DNA from: Calditrichia bacterium
GTDB taxonomy: Bacteria; Calditrichota; Calditrichia; JAJRVZ01
NCBI GenBank assembly: GCA_963777955.1
Contig: CAVZSQ010000026.1
Location: 26,457 to 90,456, forward strand
DNA: 64,000 nucleotides
Reading direction: 5' to 3'
In this document: piece by piece, positions 29,895-39,998 of the stretch
How the letters are laid out: the number at the start of each line of letters is the position of its first letter
Numbering within the stretch: position 1 is the first letter of the stretch
Program-made: the position numbers and the translations under genes
Notes under the pieces: generated by a model
What the model saw: only the letters and a program-made list of their open reading frames with translations
Told to the model about the DNA's origin: nothing
The model's database searches: none

Positions 29895-29965
29895 GACCCT
29901 TCCCTCTAACCCATCCCCTTGTTCCCCTTCCCTTATATATAAGGGAAGGGGCTAGGGGATAGGTC
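29895..29965. repeat. G/C-rich long palindromic element, copy 2
   Basis: It contains the perfect 28-bp palindrome CCCCTTCCCTTATATATAAGGGAAGGGG (29924-29951). The flanking ACCCATCCCC / GGGGATAGGT arms are the same family as at 24175. Confidence 0.8.
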
Positions 29966-30071
29966 AATTAAAAATATTACCAATAAAAATCTTTTTAAAC
30001 AATAATTTTAATTGCATGCCAAAACATATGTTTTAAATTCACATTGTGCTTACTAATTTTTCCGATGCCGT

Positions 30072-31217
30072 ATGCAATTCGAACTACTAGCCAAAGATAA
30101 AAACAGCAAAGCCCGCTGTGGTGAATTGGTCACTGCCCATGGCAAAATAGAAACTCCGGTATTCATGCCGGTCGGTACCCAGGGAACGGTTAAGACATTA
30201 TCCCCGCGGGATCTGCATGAGGCGGGTGTCAAAATACTTTTAGGCAATACTTATCATCTTTATCTGAGACCCGGTGCAGCGGAGATTGCGCAATTTGGCG
30301 GATTACATCGTTTTATGGCCTGGGAGCGGCCTATCCTGACCGATAGCGGCGGATTTCAGATATTCAGTTTAAGCCAGTTGCGCAAGATCGATCAGGAGGG
30401 CGTGGAATTTCAATCACATCTGGACGGTTCCTATCACCAGCTGACCCCTGAAAAAGCAATCGATATTCAACGCCAGCTGGGTCCGGACATCATGATGACA
30501 TTGGACGAATGCCTGCCTTATCCCAGTACCAGAGAATATGCCCGGCACTCCATTGATTTAACGCGACAATGGGCCATACGCTGCCTGGAACAGTGGCTGA
30601 ACAGCGAACCAAGATTTAATTACAGTCAAGCCTTGTTTGCTATCGTTCAGGGTAGTATCTTTAACGACTTGCGGGAAATTTCTGCCGGCAATTTGAGCGC
30701 GTTGAATTTTCCGGGTTATGCTATCGGCGGTTTGGCTGTTGGTGAACCGGCTGAGGTACGTAATCAGGTTACATCTTTGTGTACCGATATTCTCCCGGAG
30801 TTCAAACCTCGTTATCTGATGGGAGTGGGAACACCTGCAGATATTCTGGAATCAATCAATTTGGGTGTAGATATGTTTGATTGTGTTATTCCGACACGTA
30901 ATGCTCGAAATGGCACTGTCTTTACCAATAATGGAAAATTAAATATCAAAGCAGCAGCCTTCAAAAGCGACCAGGACCCGCTAGATCGGGATTGCACCTG
31001 TTACGTCTGCAAGAACTTTTCCCGCGGTTATCTGCGTCATCTTTTTAACGCCAATGAAATTCTGGGTTTACATTTAGCCACTTTGCATAATGTGTCGTAT
31101 TATATTCAATTACTCGGCCAGGCCAGAGAGCATATTGCTGCAGGGGATTTTGCGCAATGGAGCAAAGGACAAATAGAGTCCTGGCGGAACCAGCACGGAT
31201 CACCGCTGTTAATATAA
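30072..31217 (+). CDS. tgt: queuine tRNA-ribosyltransferase
   Basis: TPVFMPVGT, LGNTYHL, DSGGFQ, and the zinc site CxCxxC...H (CTCYVCKNFSRGYLRHL). Confidence 0.95.
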   Translation: MQFELLAKDKNSKARCGELVTAHGKIETPVFMPVGTQGTVKTLSPRDLHEAGVKILLGNTYHLYLRPGAAEIAQFGGLHRFMAWERPILTDSGGFQIFSLSQLRKIDQEGVEFQSHLDGSYHQLTPEKAIDIQRQLGPDIMMTLDECLPYPSTREYARHSIDLTRQWAIRCLEQWLNSEPRFNYSQALFAIVQGSIFNDLREISAGNLSALNFPGYAIGGLAVGEPAEVRNQVTSLCTDILPEFKPRYLMGVGTPADILESINLGVDMFDCVIPTRNARNGTVFTNNGKLNIKAAAFKSDQDPLDRDCTCYVCKNFSRGYLRHLFNANEILGLHLATLHNVSYYIQLLGQAREHIAAGDFAQWSKGQIESWRNQHGSPLLI

Positions 31218-31336
31218 TCAGGATACAGAATAAATTCCGATGCAGAGAGTACCTGTATTTTAATGTATATGTATTAAATATCCATAGATAGTAGTTCGAC
31301 TTACAATGTCATACCAGAATAACTAAGGAGTAGAAC

Positions 31337-31666
31337 GTGATAGCATACGTATTATTGATGACCACGCCTCAGGGACAACAGGGTGGTGGCTCGGCCTTGC
31401 TTAGCATGTGGCCCATCGTGTTGATTTTCGTCATCATGTATTTCCTGATGATCCGTCCGCAGGTTAAACGTCAAAAAGAGAGACAGAAAATGCTGAATGC
31501 CCTGAAAAAAGGGGACGATGTGATTGTTGCCGGGATCTACGGAAAAATCATGGCCTTTACCGATGAGGATAAAGCGGTAATTGTGAAAGTTGACGATAAT
31601 ACCAAGATGAAAGTGGATCGCGCTGCGATCAGCGTGATAGTAAAAGAAGCCAAAGAAAAAGGATAA
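31337..31666 (+). CDS. yajC: preprotein translocase subunit YajC
   Basis: AAGGAG RBS 6 nt before the GTG start. One TM helix followed by MIRPQ.KR.KE...ML..L.KGD.V...G..G. Confidence 0.85.
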   Translation: MIAYVLLMTTPQGQQGGGSALLSMWPIVLIFVIMYFLMIRPQVKRQKERQKMLNALKKGDDVIVAGIYGKIMAFTDEDKAVIVKVDDNTKMKVDRAAISVIVKEAKEKG

Positions 31667-32601
31667 TGCGTATAATTTTTATGGGGACGCCCAAATTTGC
31701 AGCGGTGTCCCTGCAACGTTTATTACAGGCTTCACTTGAAATCGTAAACGTGGTGACTGTACCGGATAAACCAGCCGGACGCGGTCTGCATTTGCATGTT
31801 TCGGCGGTCAAAGAACTGGCTCTGCAGAATAATCTGTCCGTTTTACAACCGGAAAACCTGCATGACCCGGATTTTGTTTCTGCGCTGCAATCTGCCCGAC
31901 CGGATCTGCTAGTAGTGGTAGCCTTCCGGATTCTGCCTGAGGAAGTTATTAAAATCCCTCCACGGGGCACTGTAAATCTGCATGCTTCATTATTACCCAA
32001 ATATCGCGGCGCGGCCCCTATATACTGGGCAATTATAAACGGAGAAACAGAAACCGGTCTGACCACCTTCTATATACGCAAAACAGTCGACACGGGAAAT
32101 ATTATTGATACGGTGAAAGTCGAAATCAGCCCGGATATGACCACGGGTGAGTTACACGATATTCTGGCCGAACGGGGAGCGGACCTGCTGTTGAAGACCA
32201 TCCGCTTAATAGAGCAGAACCGCGCCAAGGCATTTATTCAGAATGAAGCATTAGCCAGTAAGGCGCCGAAAATCAAGCATCAGGATTGCCGGATTAATTT
32301 TAATAAACCGGTACAGAATGTACATAATCTCATCCGCGGATTATCCCCTTTCCCGGCGGCCTTTACATACTGGCAGGAAAAATTAATCCGGTTATACTCG
32401 ACCAGGGTGGTCGATCTGCAAAAGAAAGACAAACCACCCGGAACAATTGTCGATATCGTAAATAAAGAAAAATTGATCATCCAGTGCGAACCCGGCTGGC
32501 TGGAGGTCAGGGAAGTTCAGCTGGAGAGTAAAAAGCGAATGTCCGTGCAGGAATTTCTGCATGGTCATGCGCTGGCGGCGGGGGAGAGATTAGTAAGTTA
32601 G
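31666..32601 (+). CDS. fmt: methionyl-tRNA formyltransferase
   Basis: MRIIFMGTP.FA, NLHASLLP.YRGAAPI..AI..GE..TG, and the C-terminal Fmt domain. Confidence 0.93.
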   Translation: MRIIFMGTPKFAAVSLQRLLQASLEIVNVVTVPDKPAGRGLHLHVSAVKELALQNNLSVLQPENLHDPDFVSALQSARPDLLVVVAFRILPEEVIKIPPRGTVNLHASLLPKYRGAAPIYWAIINGETETGLTTFYIRKTVDTGNIIDTVKVEISPDMTTGELHDILAERGADLLLKTIRLIEQNRAKAFIQNEALASKAPKIKHQDCRINFNKPVQNVHNLIRGLSPFPAAFTYWQEKLIRLYSTRVVDLQKKDKPPGTIVDIVNKEKLIIQCEPGWLEVREVQLESKKRMSVQEFLHGHALAAGERLVS

Positions 32602-32680
32602 ATCCGCGCAGAGATAATGAAATAAATTGCATAAAAATTCGTTGTATAAATTTTTCTTTTTGGCTACCTTAAAATTTTAA

Positions 32681-33706
32681 TTGAGGGATATCCGGTTGAA
32701 CGATAAATCAAAAATCCTGATCGTGGATGATCATGCGGAAAATATTAAACTGGTAAAACATTTCTTCAAGCATCTGCCTTATGAACTTTACACTGCCCTG
32801 GATGGTCTGACCGCGCTGGAGCTGATTAAAAGCAATCCTCCCGATTTGATTCTGCTCGATATGATGATGCCCGGCCTGAACGGTTTCGAAGTCTGCCAAA
32901 AATTAAAAAGCGATGTAAAGACCAGGTTGATTCCCATCATCATGGTCACTGCTTTTGGTAAACAGGAGGACCGTCTGCACGGTATTGAACTGGGAGTGGA
33001 TGATTTTGTAACCAAACCAATAAATTTCCTGGAATTAAGAACCAGAGTGACTTCGCTGTTGCGCATGAAAAAATATACAGATGAATTGGAAAGTGCCGAG
33101 AAAATAATTTTTACGCTGGCCAGCGTGGTGGAAGCCCGGGACCAGTATACCATGGATCATTGCAAGCGCATGGCACATTACGGAACCTCGCTGGCAGAAA
33201 AACTGGGTTTGGATTCCGAGCAGATTCAGAATATTCAGCGGGGAGCGTACTTGCATGATATCGGTAAAGTCGGGGTTGCCGATAATATTTTATTGAAACA
33301 TGGAAATCTGGATGATCAGGAATTCGGGCAAATCAAGCAGCACACGATTATCGGCGAAAAGATATGCCAGCCGCTGCGCACCCTCAAACCGGTATTACCG
33401 ATCATTCGTTCGCATCATGAGCGTTTCAATGGCAGCGGCTATCCCGACGGACTGGCCGGAGAAAATATTCCCCTGATCGCTCAGATCGTGGCCCTGGTGG
33501 ATTGTTATGATGCCATGAGCAGCACCCGGCCATACCGGCAGGCCCTGGAGAAAGAAGTAGTCATCGAGATGCTGCGGGAAGATACCAGGAAGGGCTGGTG
33601 GGAAACAAATATGGCCACAACCTTTCTGGAGCTGATCGCTTCGAATCGCATCGAACAATTAAATTTACAGACTGAACCCGGCTGGTTGCAGGCGAACATA
33701 CCCTAA
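32681..33706 (+). CDS. response regulator with HD-GYP phosphodiesterase domain (RpfG family)
   Basis: REC domain (ILIVDDH...LILLDMMMPGLNG...VTA) followed by HD-GYP (AYLHDIGK ... HHERFNGSGYP). Confidence 0.88.
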   Translation: MRDIRLNDKSKILIVDDHAENIKLVKHFFKHLPYELYTALDGLTALELIKSNPPDLILLDMMMPGLNGFEVCQKLKSDVKTRLIPIIMVTAFGKQEDRLHGIELGVDDFVTKPINFLELRTRVTSLLRMKKYTDELESAEKIIFTLASVVEARDQYTMDHCKRMAHYGTSLAEKLGLDSEQIQNIQRGAYLHDIGKVGVADNILLKHGNLDDQEFGQIKQHTIIGEKICQPLRTLKPVLPIIRSHHERFNGSGYPDGLAGENIPLIAQIVALVDCYDAMSSTRPYRQALEKEVVIEMLREDTRKGWWETNMATTFLELIASNRIEQLNLQTEPGWLQANIP

Positions 33707-33837
33707 AACCTGGATCTAAACAGGTCAGGTTGTTTCATAACCAGTTTAAAATTATTGAACTAAAATTTGATTTAGCGCACAAGCAATAGAAAGAAGTATT
33801 GTTAATATAAATATTAATTTTTACCAGGGAGGAAGAG

Positions 33838-34793
33838 GTGAAGATCTCTAGACATGTTTTATTTCTTTTTATCGTCTGGCTGGCCTGGCCATGGAATTGT
33901 TCCCTGCCGCCGATCGACGATATTACCCCGCCGGTCATTTTAATTGTCTATCCCGCCAATGGAGCAGTGGTGGCCGGGAATATAAAGATAGCACTATTGA
34001 ATCCACGGACGATGAGGAGGTAGATAAAGTCTGGTACTATCTGGATAACGAAGTAAAGGGTGTGTCGAACAAATCCAATGCCCTGTTTGATTTAGACGTA
34101 ACATCCTACGCTGATAATCAAACCCATGTGCTGCTGGCAGCTGCTGCTGATAAAGCAGGGAATATCGGCTATTCGACGCAGATTACCGTGACTATTTCCG
34201 ATTCCTATGATATCACTCCCCCCACCGTACAAATCGTAAATCCAATCGAGGGTCAGGTGGTGGAAGGTGACGTACATATACTGGCCAGTGCCGATGATAA
34301 CCGGGGTGTCCGGGAAGTCGCTTTCTTTATAAATGGTGATTCGTTGATCTCGGATACTGATTATCCCTATGAATATTTTTGGTTGACCGAAGATCTGTCA
34401 GATTCGACCAGCCACGGAATTTTTGCCAAGGCCTATGATTTATTTGGTAACTGGTCGGTTTCACCGGTTATACGCGTGACCGTTTATCCACGTTCTGACG
34501 ATGTCATAGCGCCCTCCCTGATCCTGTTGTACCCCCTGGCCGAAAGTATTTTGACCGGTACGGTGCGGGTAACTATCAGTGCCAGCGATAATATCGGGGT
34601 GACCCGGATGGAATTTTTTGTAGACGGCGGCAATAATGCACAACCTCAATTTTCGAAAACCAGTCCGCCCTGGATTTACGATTGGGATACTTCTGGCAAG
34701 GCTGATGGCGGTAATCATACTTTATTTGTTAAAGCTTATGATCTGGCCGGAAATGTCGGCACTTTAGGTCCCATTGCTTATACGATCCAATGA
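33838..34793 (+). CDS. secreted protein with three Ig-like repeats, apparent frameshift near 33980-33990
   Basis: GTG start and signal peptide. A repeat of about 95 aa occurs 3 times (PP..I..P..G..V.G.V.I.A.A.D..GV..V.F..DG). The first repeat breaks between AGNIKIA and ESTDDEEVDKVWYYLDN. Confidence 0.65.
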
Positions 34794-35085
34794 GTATATT
34801 TTTAACAGGATTTACTCGCCAGAAAGTGTGATAATAATCACGATGGAATTGAGTGATACTTTTAAGTTAATAAAAATATCTACGACAAGATATTATACCT
34901 GTGGAGACCATTTGTCGATTGCAGAGTATAATCAAAAATGTTCAATCGAAATTGCAGGTAATGTAACTAACGTGGCGGAGCTGTCTGAAAAATATCAGCG
35001 GGCTGCTCCAATGCTCCTTTTTCTATAATGGCCACAAATAATCTCAGGCTTTTATTATTATATAAACCTGGTTGCTGAAAGTTTA

Positions 35086-36123
35086 ATGGAAAATCGAGTC
35101 AATGATTATGGCCGGGATCTGCGAACAATAAATGACAACTCTGATGTAAATATAAGTGCGGGCAGGAAAAGGACCGGGATGCGTAATACGCTCATTATAG
35201 GCTGGAATCGTGAAGCTTTAAATTTGTATGACAAAATAAGAACATATACCGCGCTGGGCTATAATGTTAAAGGTTTTATTACACTAAGTGATAAATTTGA
35301 AGAAGCACAATACCAGGATACACCGCTCCTGGGCGGATTGATTTCCCTGGTCTCCTGGGTCCAGTTTTATAATATCGAAGAAATCCTGATCGCGATTGAG
35401 CCGGAACAGCACAAGATTCTGCCCTTTATAATCGATGCCTGTAAGAATACCAGGGTCAATTACCGGATTGTATCCGATGTTTATGACACGGTCTACGGGG
35501 ATTCAATCCATGAAATCTATAAGGACCTGTTCGCGCCAAAAGAATTCGGCTTCAGGAGAATTATTGATTTAGCGGGTGCGCTGGTTTTGATGTTATTATT
35601 ATTCCCGTTTTTTATCATCGTAGCTCTGGCTATAAAATTAGAATCGTCCGGTTCGATATTTTATTCTCAGATCAGGATGGGCAAGGATGGAAAGACATTC
35701 AGAATTTTTAAGTTCCGTTCGATGGTTCAGGATGCCGAAAAAAAGAGCGGACCGGTCTGGGCTCAGAAAAAAGATCCGCGTATCACGCGGGTCGGTCATT
35801 TTATGCGCACCACACGAATTGACGAGCTGCCGCAGTTGATGAATATTTTGAAAGGGGATATGAGTTTTATCGGGCCGCGTCCGGAAAGGCCGTTTTTTAT
35901 CGATAGTTTTAAACAACAGATACCCCTGTATCAGAAGCGTCTCGAATGCAAACCGGGTGTGACCGGCTGGGCACAAGTCAAATGGCGCTATGATGAATCC
36001 ATCGAAGATGTTAAGGAAAAACTGAAATATGATTTATATTATATCAACAATCATTCTTTATGGCTGGATATAAAGATCGCCTTTTTGACGGTTTCTACCG
36101 TATTTTCACAAAAAGGTCAATAA
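35086..36123 (+). CDS. exopolysaccharide priming polyprenyl-phosphate glycosyl-1-phosphate transferase (bacterial sugar transferase family)
   Basis: N-terminal Rossmann/CoA-binding-like region, a TM helix, then FRIFKFRSM, DELPQLMNILKGDMSFIGPRPERP and KPG.TGWAQV. Confidence 0.9.
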   Translation: MENRVNDYGRDLRTINDNSDVNISAGRKRTGMRNTLIIGWNREALNLYDKIRTYTALGYNVKGFITLSDKFEEAQYQDTPLLGGLISLVSWVQFYNIEEILIAIEPEQHKILPFIIDACKNTRVNYRIVSDVYDTVYGDSIHEIYKDLFAPKEFGFRRIIDLAGALVLMLLLFPFFIIVALAIKLESSGSIFYSQIRMGKDGKTFRIFKFRSMVQDAEKKSGPVWAQKKDPRITRVGHFMRTTRIDELPQLMNILKGDMSFIGPRPERPFFIDSFKQQIPLYQKRLECKPGVTGWAQVKWRYDESIEDVKEKLKYDLYYINNHSLWLDIKIAFLTVSTVFSQKGQ

Positions 36124-36218
36124 AAGCTGTTTATTTGTCATGCAGTTTTACTTATATTAAATAACGGTTTAAATCGCAGCCGGGAATAAAAAGCATACAG
36201 AAAATAGTATAGTATAGA

Positions 36219-37040
36219 ATGGAAGAACTAAAAATTAAAACCGATTTTCATCCCGTTTATAATGATATTGTAATCATCCAATTAGGCGGTTACATAGATC
36301 AAACCAATAGCGGACAGATTGAAAGAATTATTAATGATATCCTGAAAACCGGGAAGAAAAAATTCATCTTTGATTTCGGCGGATTAATTTATATGAGCAG
36401 TGCCGGCTGGGGAGTCTTCGTCGGCGAAATTAAAATGGTTCGCGATCAGGGCGGGGATATAAAAATTGCGGCAATGTCTCCTGAGGTGTATGAAGTTTTT
36501 CAAATGCTGGAATTCTATCATATTATCAAGGAGTATATCACGATCGATGAAGCGGTAGATAGTTACAATGATGGCATGATAACTATCAAGAAGATCAAGG
36601 ATAAACGAATCCCGGAAACGGAATCGGAATCTATCGAAGATTTATTATTAAAATCGGGTGTGAAAGCATCCAGTCTTATTGCTGAAGATGCCAGCGAAAA
36701 GATTGTGCTGGAGGAAACGGCACAACCGGAAGTAATAAAAACCGAACGAACTCCGGCCAGCACGCCGACACCTCAGGCACCACCCCGCAGAGTCAGTACA
36801 GAGACATTTCACCCCGGCAGTTTTGAATCGAATATTGATATCACGACTCTGCCGCTTATGGAAAAGATAAAAAAGCTGGTGGCCAACTATCCCTTACTAA
36901 GCATCTGGCAAATCAGAAAAATGTTGCAGCATGATAAATTCGGTAATGTCCAGGTCAGCATATTCAAATTATATAGTACCTTAAAATTTCTTAATTTACA
37001 TAACAAAAAGAATCGTTACCGTTTTTACCGGTCAATCTAA
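36219..37040 (+). CDS. STAS-domain protein (anti-sigma-factor-antagonist fold) with long linker and extra C-terminal domain
   Basis: STAS core (IIQLGGYIDQTNSGQIE...FIFDFGGLIYMSSAGWGVF...V.EVF.M..F), an acidic/Pro-Thr-rich linker, then a basic C-terminal module of about 70 aa. Confidence 0.7.
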   Translation: MEELKIKTDFHPVYNDIVIIQLGGYIDQTNSGQIERIINDILKTGKKKFIFDFGGLIYMSSAGWGVFVGEIKMVRDQGGDIKIAAMSPEVYEVFQMLEFYHIIKEYITIDEAVDSYNDGMITIKKIKDKRIPETESESIEDLLLKSGVKASSLIAEDASEKIVLEETAQPEVIKTERTPASTPTPQAPPRRVSTETFHPGSFESNIDITTLPLMEKIKKLVANYPLLSIWQIRKMLQHDKFGNVQVSIFKLYSTLKFLNLHNKKNRYRFYRSI

Positions 37041-37091
37041 TTTTCATTTACTATAAGAAGGTGAGAGAAGGATATGTGCAATGTCAGGTAT

Positions 37092-37833
37092 ATGAAACCA
37101 ATCAGTATAGTGATGATTGCCTTGATTCTGCAATTGCAGATTTTACCGATTATGGATACTGTCCTCAGCTGCTGATGATCCGGGTACTGCTACGGCGGAG
37201 AATGGGAATCTGCAGTCCCGACCTAAAACCGGTACCCAACAGGTTTTTGTGCCTGGTGACGCTGTCCTGATCGACATGTTTCCCGATACCACCTCATTCC
37301 TGAATAATGTTTTCGCCATCGACGATGATGGGAATGTTGACTTTCCCATCATAGGTAAAACCAAAATTTCCGATATGAGTGTTGCTCAATTAAAAGACTA
37401 CATCCGCAATCAATTTAAAATGTATTTACGCTCGGCGGAATTTAAATTAACCCCGCTGATCAGAGTGAGTATGTTGGGGGGATTCACCGCTCCGGGACAA
37501 TACTATGTAAACCCGGATAATTCGCTCTGGCAGACAATTGATCTCGCCGGCGGAGCAACATTTGAAACAGGTTTCCAGGAAATGCGCTGGGAAAGAAACA
37601 GAGATGAAGTCATCGACGACCTGATACCGTTTATCCAGGAGGGGATATCCCTGAAAAAGATGGGTTTTAAAAGCGGCGATCAGATCTGGACCCCTACAGC
37701 CGTTCCCCTTGATTTCGGACAAACCTTGAATTTATATCTGCCCTTTTTTACCTTTGCGACCAGCATCATTTTCTTTTACCTGACTTATCAGCAGCAACTT
37801 TATCTGTCGCAACTTACACTTTTGCGACGCTGA
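37092..37833 (+). CDS. polysaccharide export protein (Wza/Poly_export-like), apparent frameshift between 37126 and 37173
   Basis: The signal peptide MKPISIVMIALILQLQILP... is in one frame (stop at 37173). The mature part ...SSAADDPGTATAEN...VFVPGDAVLIDMFPD...DDDGNVDFPIIGK..ISDMSVAQLK (Poly_export motif) is in the next frame and runs to 37833. Confidence 0.75.
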
Positions 37834-37942
37834 CTTGCCGGTTTTATCCGGAGTTATTGAACCGCTAGTCTGCTGAGGGTAAATATTTTTTTATCTGCAC
37901 TATAAACTTATTTTTAAATATTAATTTACTGAGGAACAAAAT

Positions 37943-39928
37943 ATGTGCGGCATCGCCGGTATTTATCAGCCCTCGAATAAAAATAAAAATTCAAACGATC
38001 CGGCTATTCAAAACATGGTACAGTTATTGAGCCACCGCGGACCCGATGAGTATGGCTTTCATCTGGAATCCGGGATTCAATTGGGCATGGCGCGCCTCAG
38101 CATCATCGATCTTTCAGGCGGCAAACAACCGATTTATAACGAAGACAAATCCATTTGTGTCATATATAATGGCGAGATATTCAATTACATCGAACTGAAA
38201 ACCATGCTGGAGGGCAGGGGACACCGTTTTTATACCAAAAGTGATACGGAGATCATTGTTCACGCCTATGAAGAATTCGGTTACGATTTTTTTGAGCATC
38301 TGATCGGCCAGTTCGCCATTGCTTTATGGGATTCGAAGAAAAAGGAATTACTGCTGGCCAGGGACCGTGTCGGCATCCGTCCGCTGTTCTATGCCCAGGG
38401 CCCGGATGGCACTCTGTTTTTTGCCTCAGAGATCAAATCGATCCTGACCGCTATGCAGACGGTGCCTGAAATTGATCTGATTGGTTTGAATCAGATCTTT
38501 ACCTTATGGGTTACCGTACCGCCGCGGACAATTTTTAAAGGTATCCAGGAATTACCTGCGGGACATTACATGACCGTTTCGAAGCAGGGCCGGAAGATCG
38601 TTAAATACTGGAGCCTGAAGTTTCCCAGAATGAATGAATATGAAGATAAACCGCTCGGATTCTACAGGCAGAAACTCGAAGAACTGCTATACGATGCGGT
38701 GGCCTTACGGCTGCGCGCTGATGTACCCGTCGCATCATATTTAAGCGGGGGTATTGACTCTTCCGTTATCTCGGCCCTGGTTAAAAAATATCATAACAAT
38801 GACCTGATCACATTTTCGGTCGCTTTTCATGATCCGAATTTTGACGAACGCATTTACCAGCAGCAAATGATCGATCATCTTAAGACCGACCATCGCATGA
38901 TTGAAGCAACCTATAACAATATCGGCAACTATTTCCCACAGGTGGTCTGGTTTGCCGAAAAACCGATGCTACGCACAGCTCCGGCACCACTGTACCTGTT
39001 ATCCAGTCTGGTGCGCTCCAATAATATAAAAGTCGTCCTGACCGGGGAGGGCTCCGATGAAATATTCGGAGGTTACGATATTTTTAAAGAAGATAAAATC
39101 CGCCGGTTCTGGGCCCGCTTCCCGGAATCAAAATTCCGGCCAGCGCTGCTGACCAAGTTGTATCCCTACATTCCCCGGGATGCAGTGACTCAGAATTTCT
39201 GGCAGTCATTCTTTAAAAAGAACATAATGGATGTGACCAACAAATATTATTCGCATGAAATACGCTGGAATAATACTGCCCAGATAAAAAAATTCCTGCA
39301 TAAAGAGATACAAAACCAGTTTAATACCCAGCAACATATTTACGATGAATTGGACCGGTATCTGGATCCGGATTTTACCGGCTGGCATCCGTTCTGCCGT
39401 GCCCAGTACCTGGAAATGCAGTTGTTCCTTTCCGGATATTTATTGTCAACACAGGGTGACCGGATGATGATGGGCAATTCGGTTGAAGGCCGTTTTCCGT
39501 TCCTCGATCACCGGGTGGTTGAATTTGCCAGCACCATCCCGCCGGCATTTAAGATGAATGTATTGAATGAAAAATATATTTTGAAGGAGACGTATAAAAA
39601 ACTTCTGCCCGACAGCATTACCAAAAGAGTCAAACATCCTTACCGGGCTCCGATTTCGCAATGTTTTAATGCACAAAATGGCCGGATGACCGCGCAAATG
39701 CTGGAAGCTGAACAAATAAAAAAGTACGGTTATTTTGATCCTGCTATGGTCGAGCGCTTAATAAAAAAAATTGATAAAGCCGGCGGTGAAGTCATAGCCG
39801 AACGCGATGATATGGCCGTAGTTGGCATCGCTTCCATGCAATTACTGCATTACTGGTTCATTGAAAATAAACGGCACCTGCAAGTGCCTGCGCATACCAA
39901 TCCCACCTCCCTTTCTGAAAGTAATTGA
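37943..39928 (+). CDS. asparagine synthase-family glutamine amidotransferase
   Basis: N-terminal nucleophile MCGIAG, Ntn-GATase domain, and PP-loop SYLSGGIDSS. Confidence 0.9.
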   Translation: MCGIAGIYQPSNKNKNSNDPAIQNMVQLLSHRGPDEYGFHLESGIQLGMARLSIIDLSGGKQPIYNEDKSICVIYNGEIFNYIELKTMLEGRGHRFYTKSDTEIIVHAYEEFGYDFFEHLIGQFAIALWDSKKKELLLARDRVGIRPLFYAQGPDGTLFFASEIKSILTAMQTVPEIDLIGLNQIFTLWVTVPPRTIFKGIQELPAGHYMTVSKQGRKIVKYWSLKFPRMNEYEDKPLGFYRQKLEELLYDAVALRLRADVPVASYLSGGIDSSVISALVKKYHNNDLITFSVAFHDPNFDERIYQQQMIDHLKTDHRMIEATYNNIGNYFPQVVWFAEKPMLRTAPAPLYLLSSLVRSNNIKVVLTGEGSDEIFGGYDIFKEDKIRRFWARFPESKFRPALLTKLYPYIPRDAVTQNFWQSFFKKNIMDVTNKYYSHEIRWNNTAQIKKFLHKEIQNQFNTQQHIYDELDRYLDPDFTGWHPFCRAQYLEMQLFLSGYLLSTQGDRMMMGNSVEGRFPFLDHRVVEFASTIPPAFKMNVLNEKYILKETYKKLLPDSITKRVKHPYRAPISQCFNAQNGRMTAQMLEAEQIKKYGYFDPAMVERLIKKIDKAGGEVIAERDDMAVVGIASMQLLHYWFIENKRHLQVPAHTNPTSLSESN

Positions 39929-39998
39929 TATACTCTAAATAACTGAATATATTATAACTTCATTCGATAATTATTATCAAAACCCGGTGTAATTTATT

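Noticed and set aside
31629-32066. 145-aa minus-strand ORF
   Set aside because: It is antisense to fmt, which is unambiguous.
34774-35028. 84-aa ORF between the Ig-like protein gene and the priming transferase
   Set aside because: It has no RBS, no recognisable motif, and overlaps the end of the upstream gene. There is insufficient support to call it a gene.
37061-37270. 69-aa ORF (GTG start) upstream of the Wza-like gene
   Set aside because: It is in a third frame relative to the signal-peptide segment (ATG 37092) and the mature Poly_export frame. The split is better explained by one frameshifted wza-like gene.
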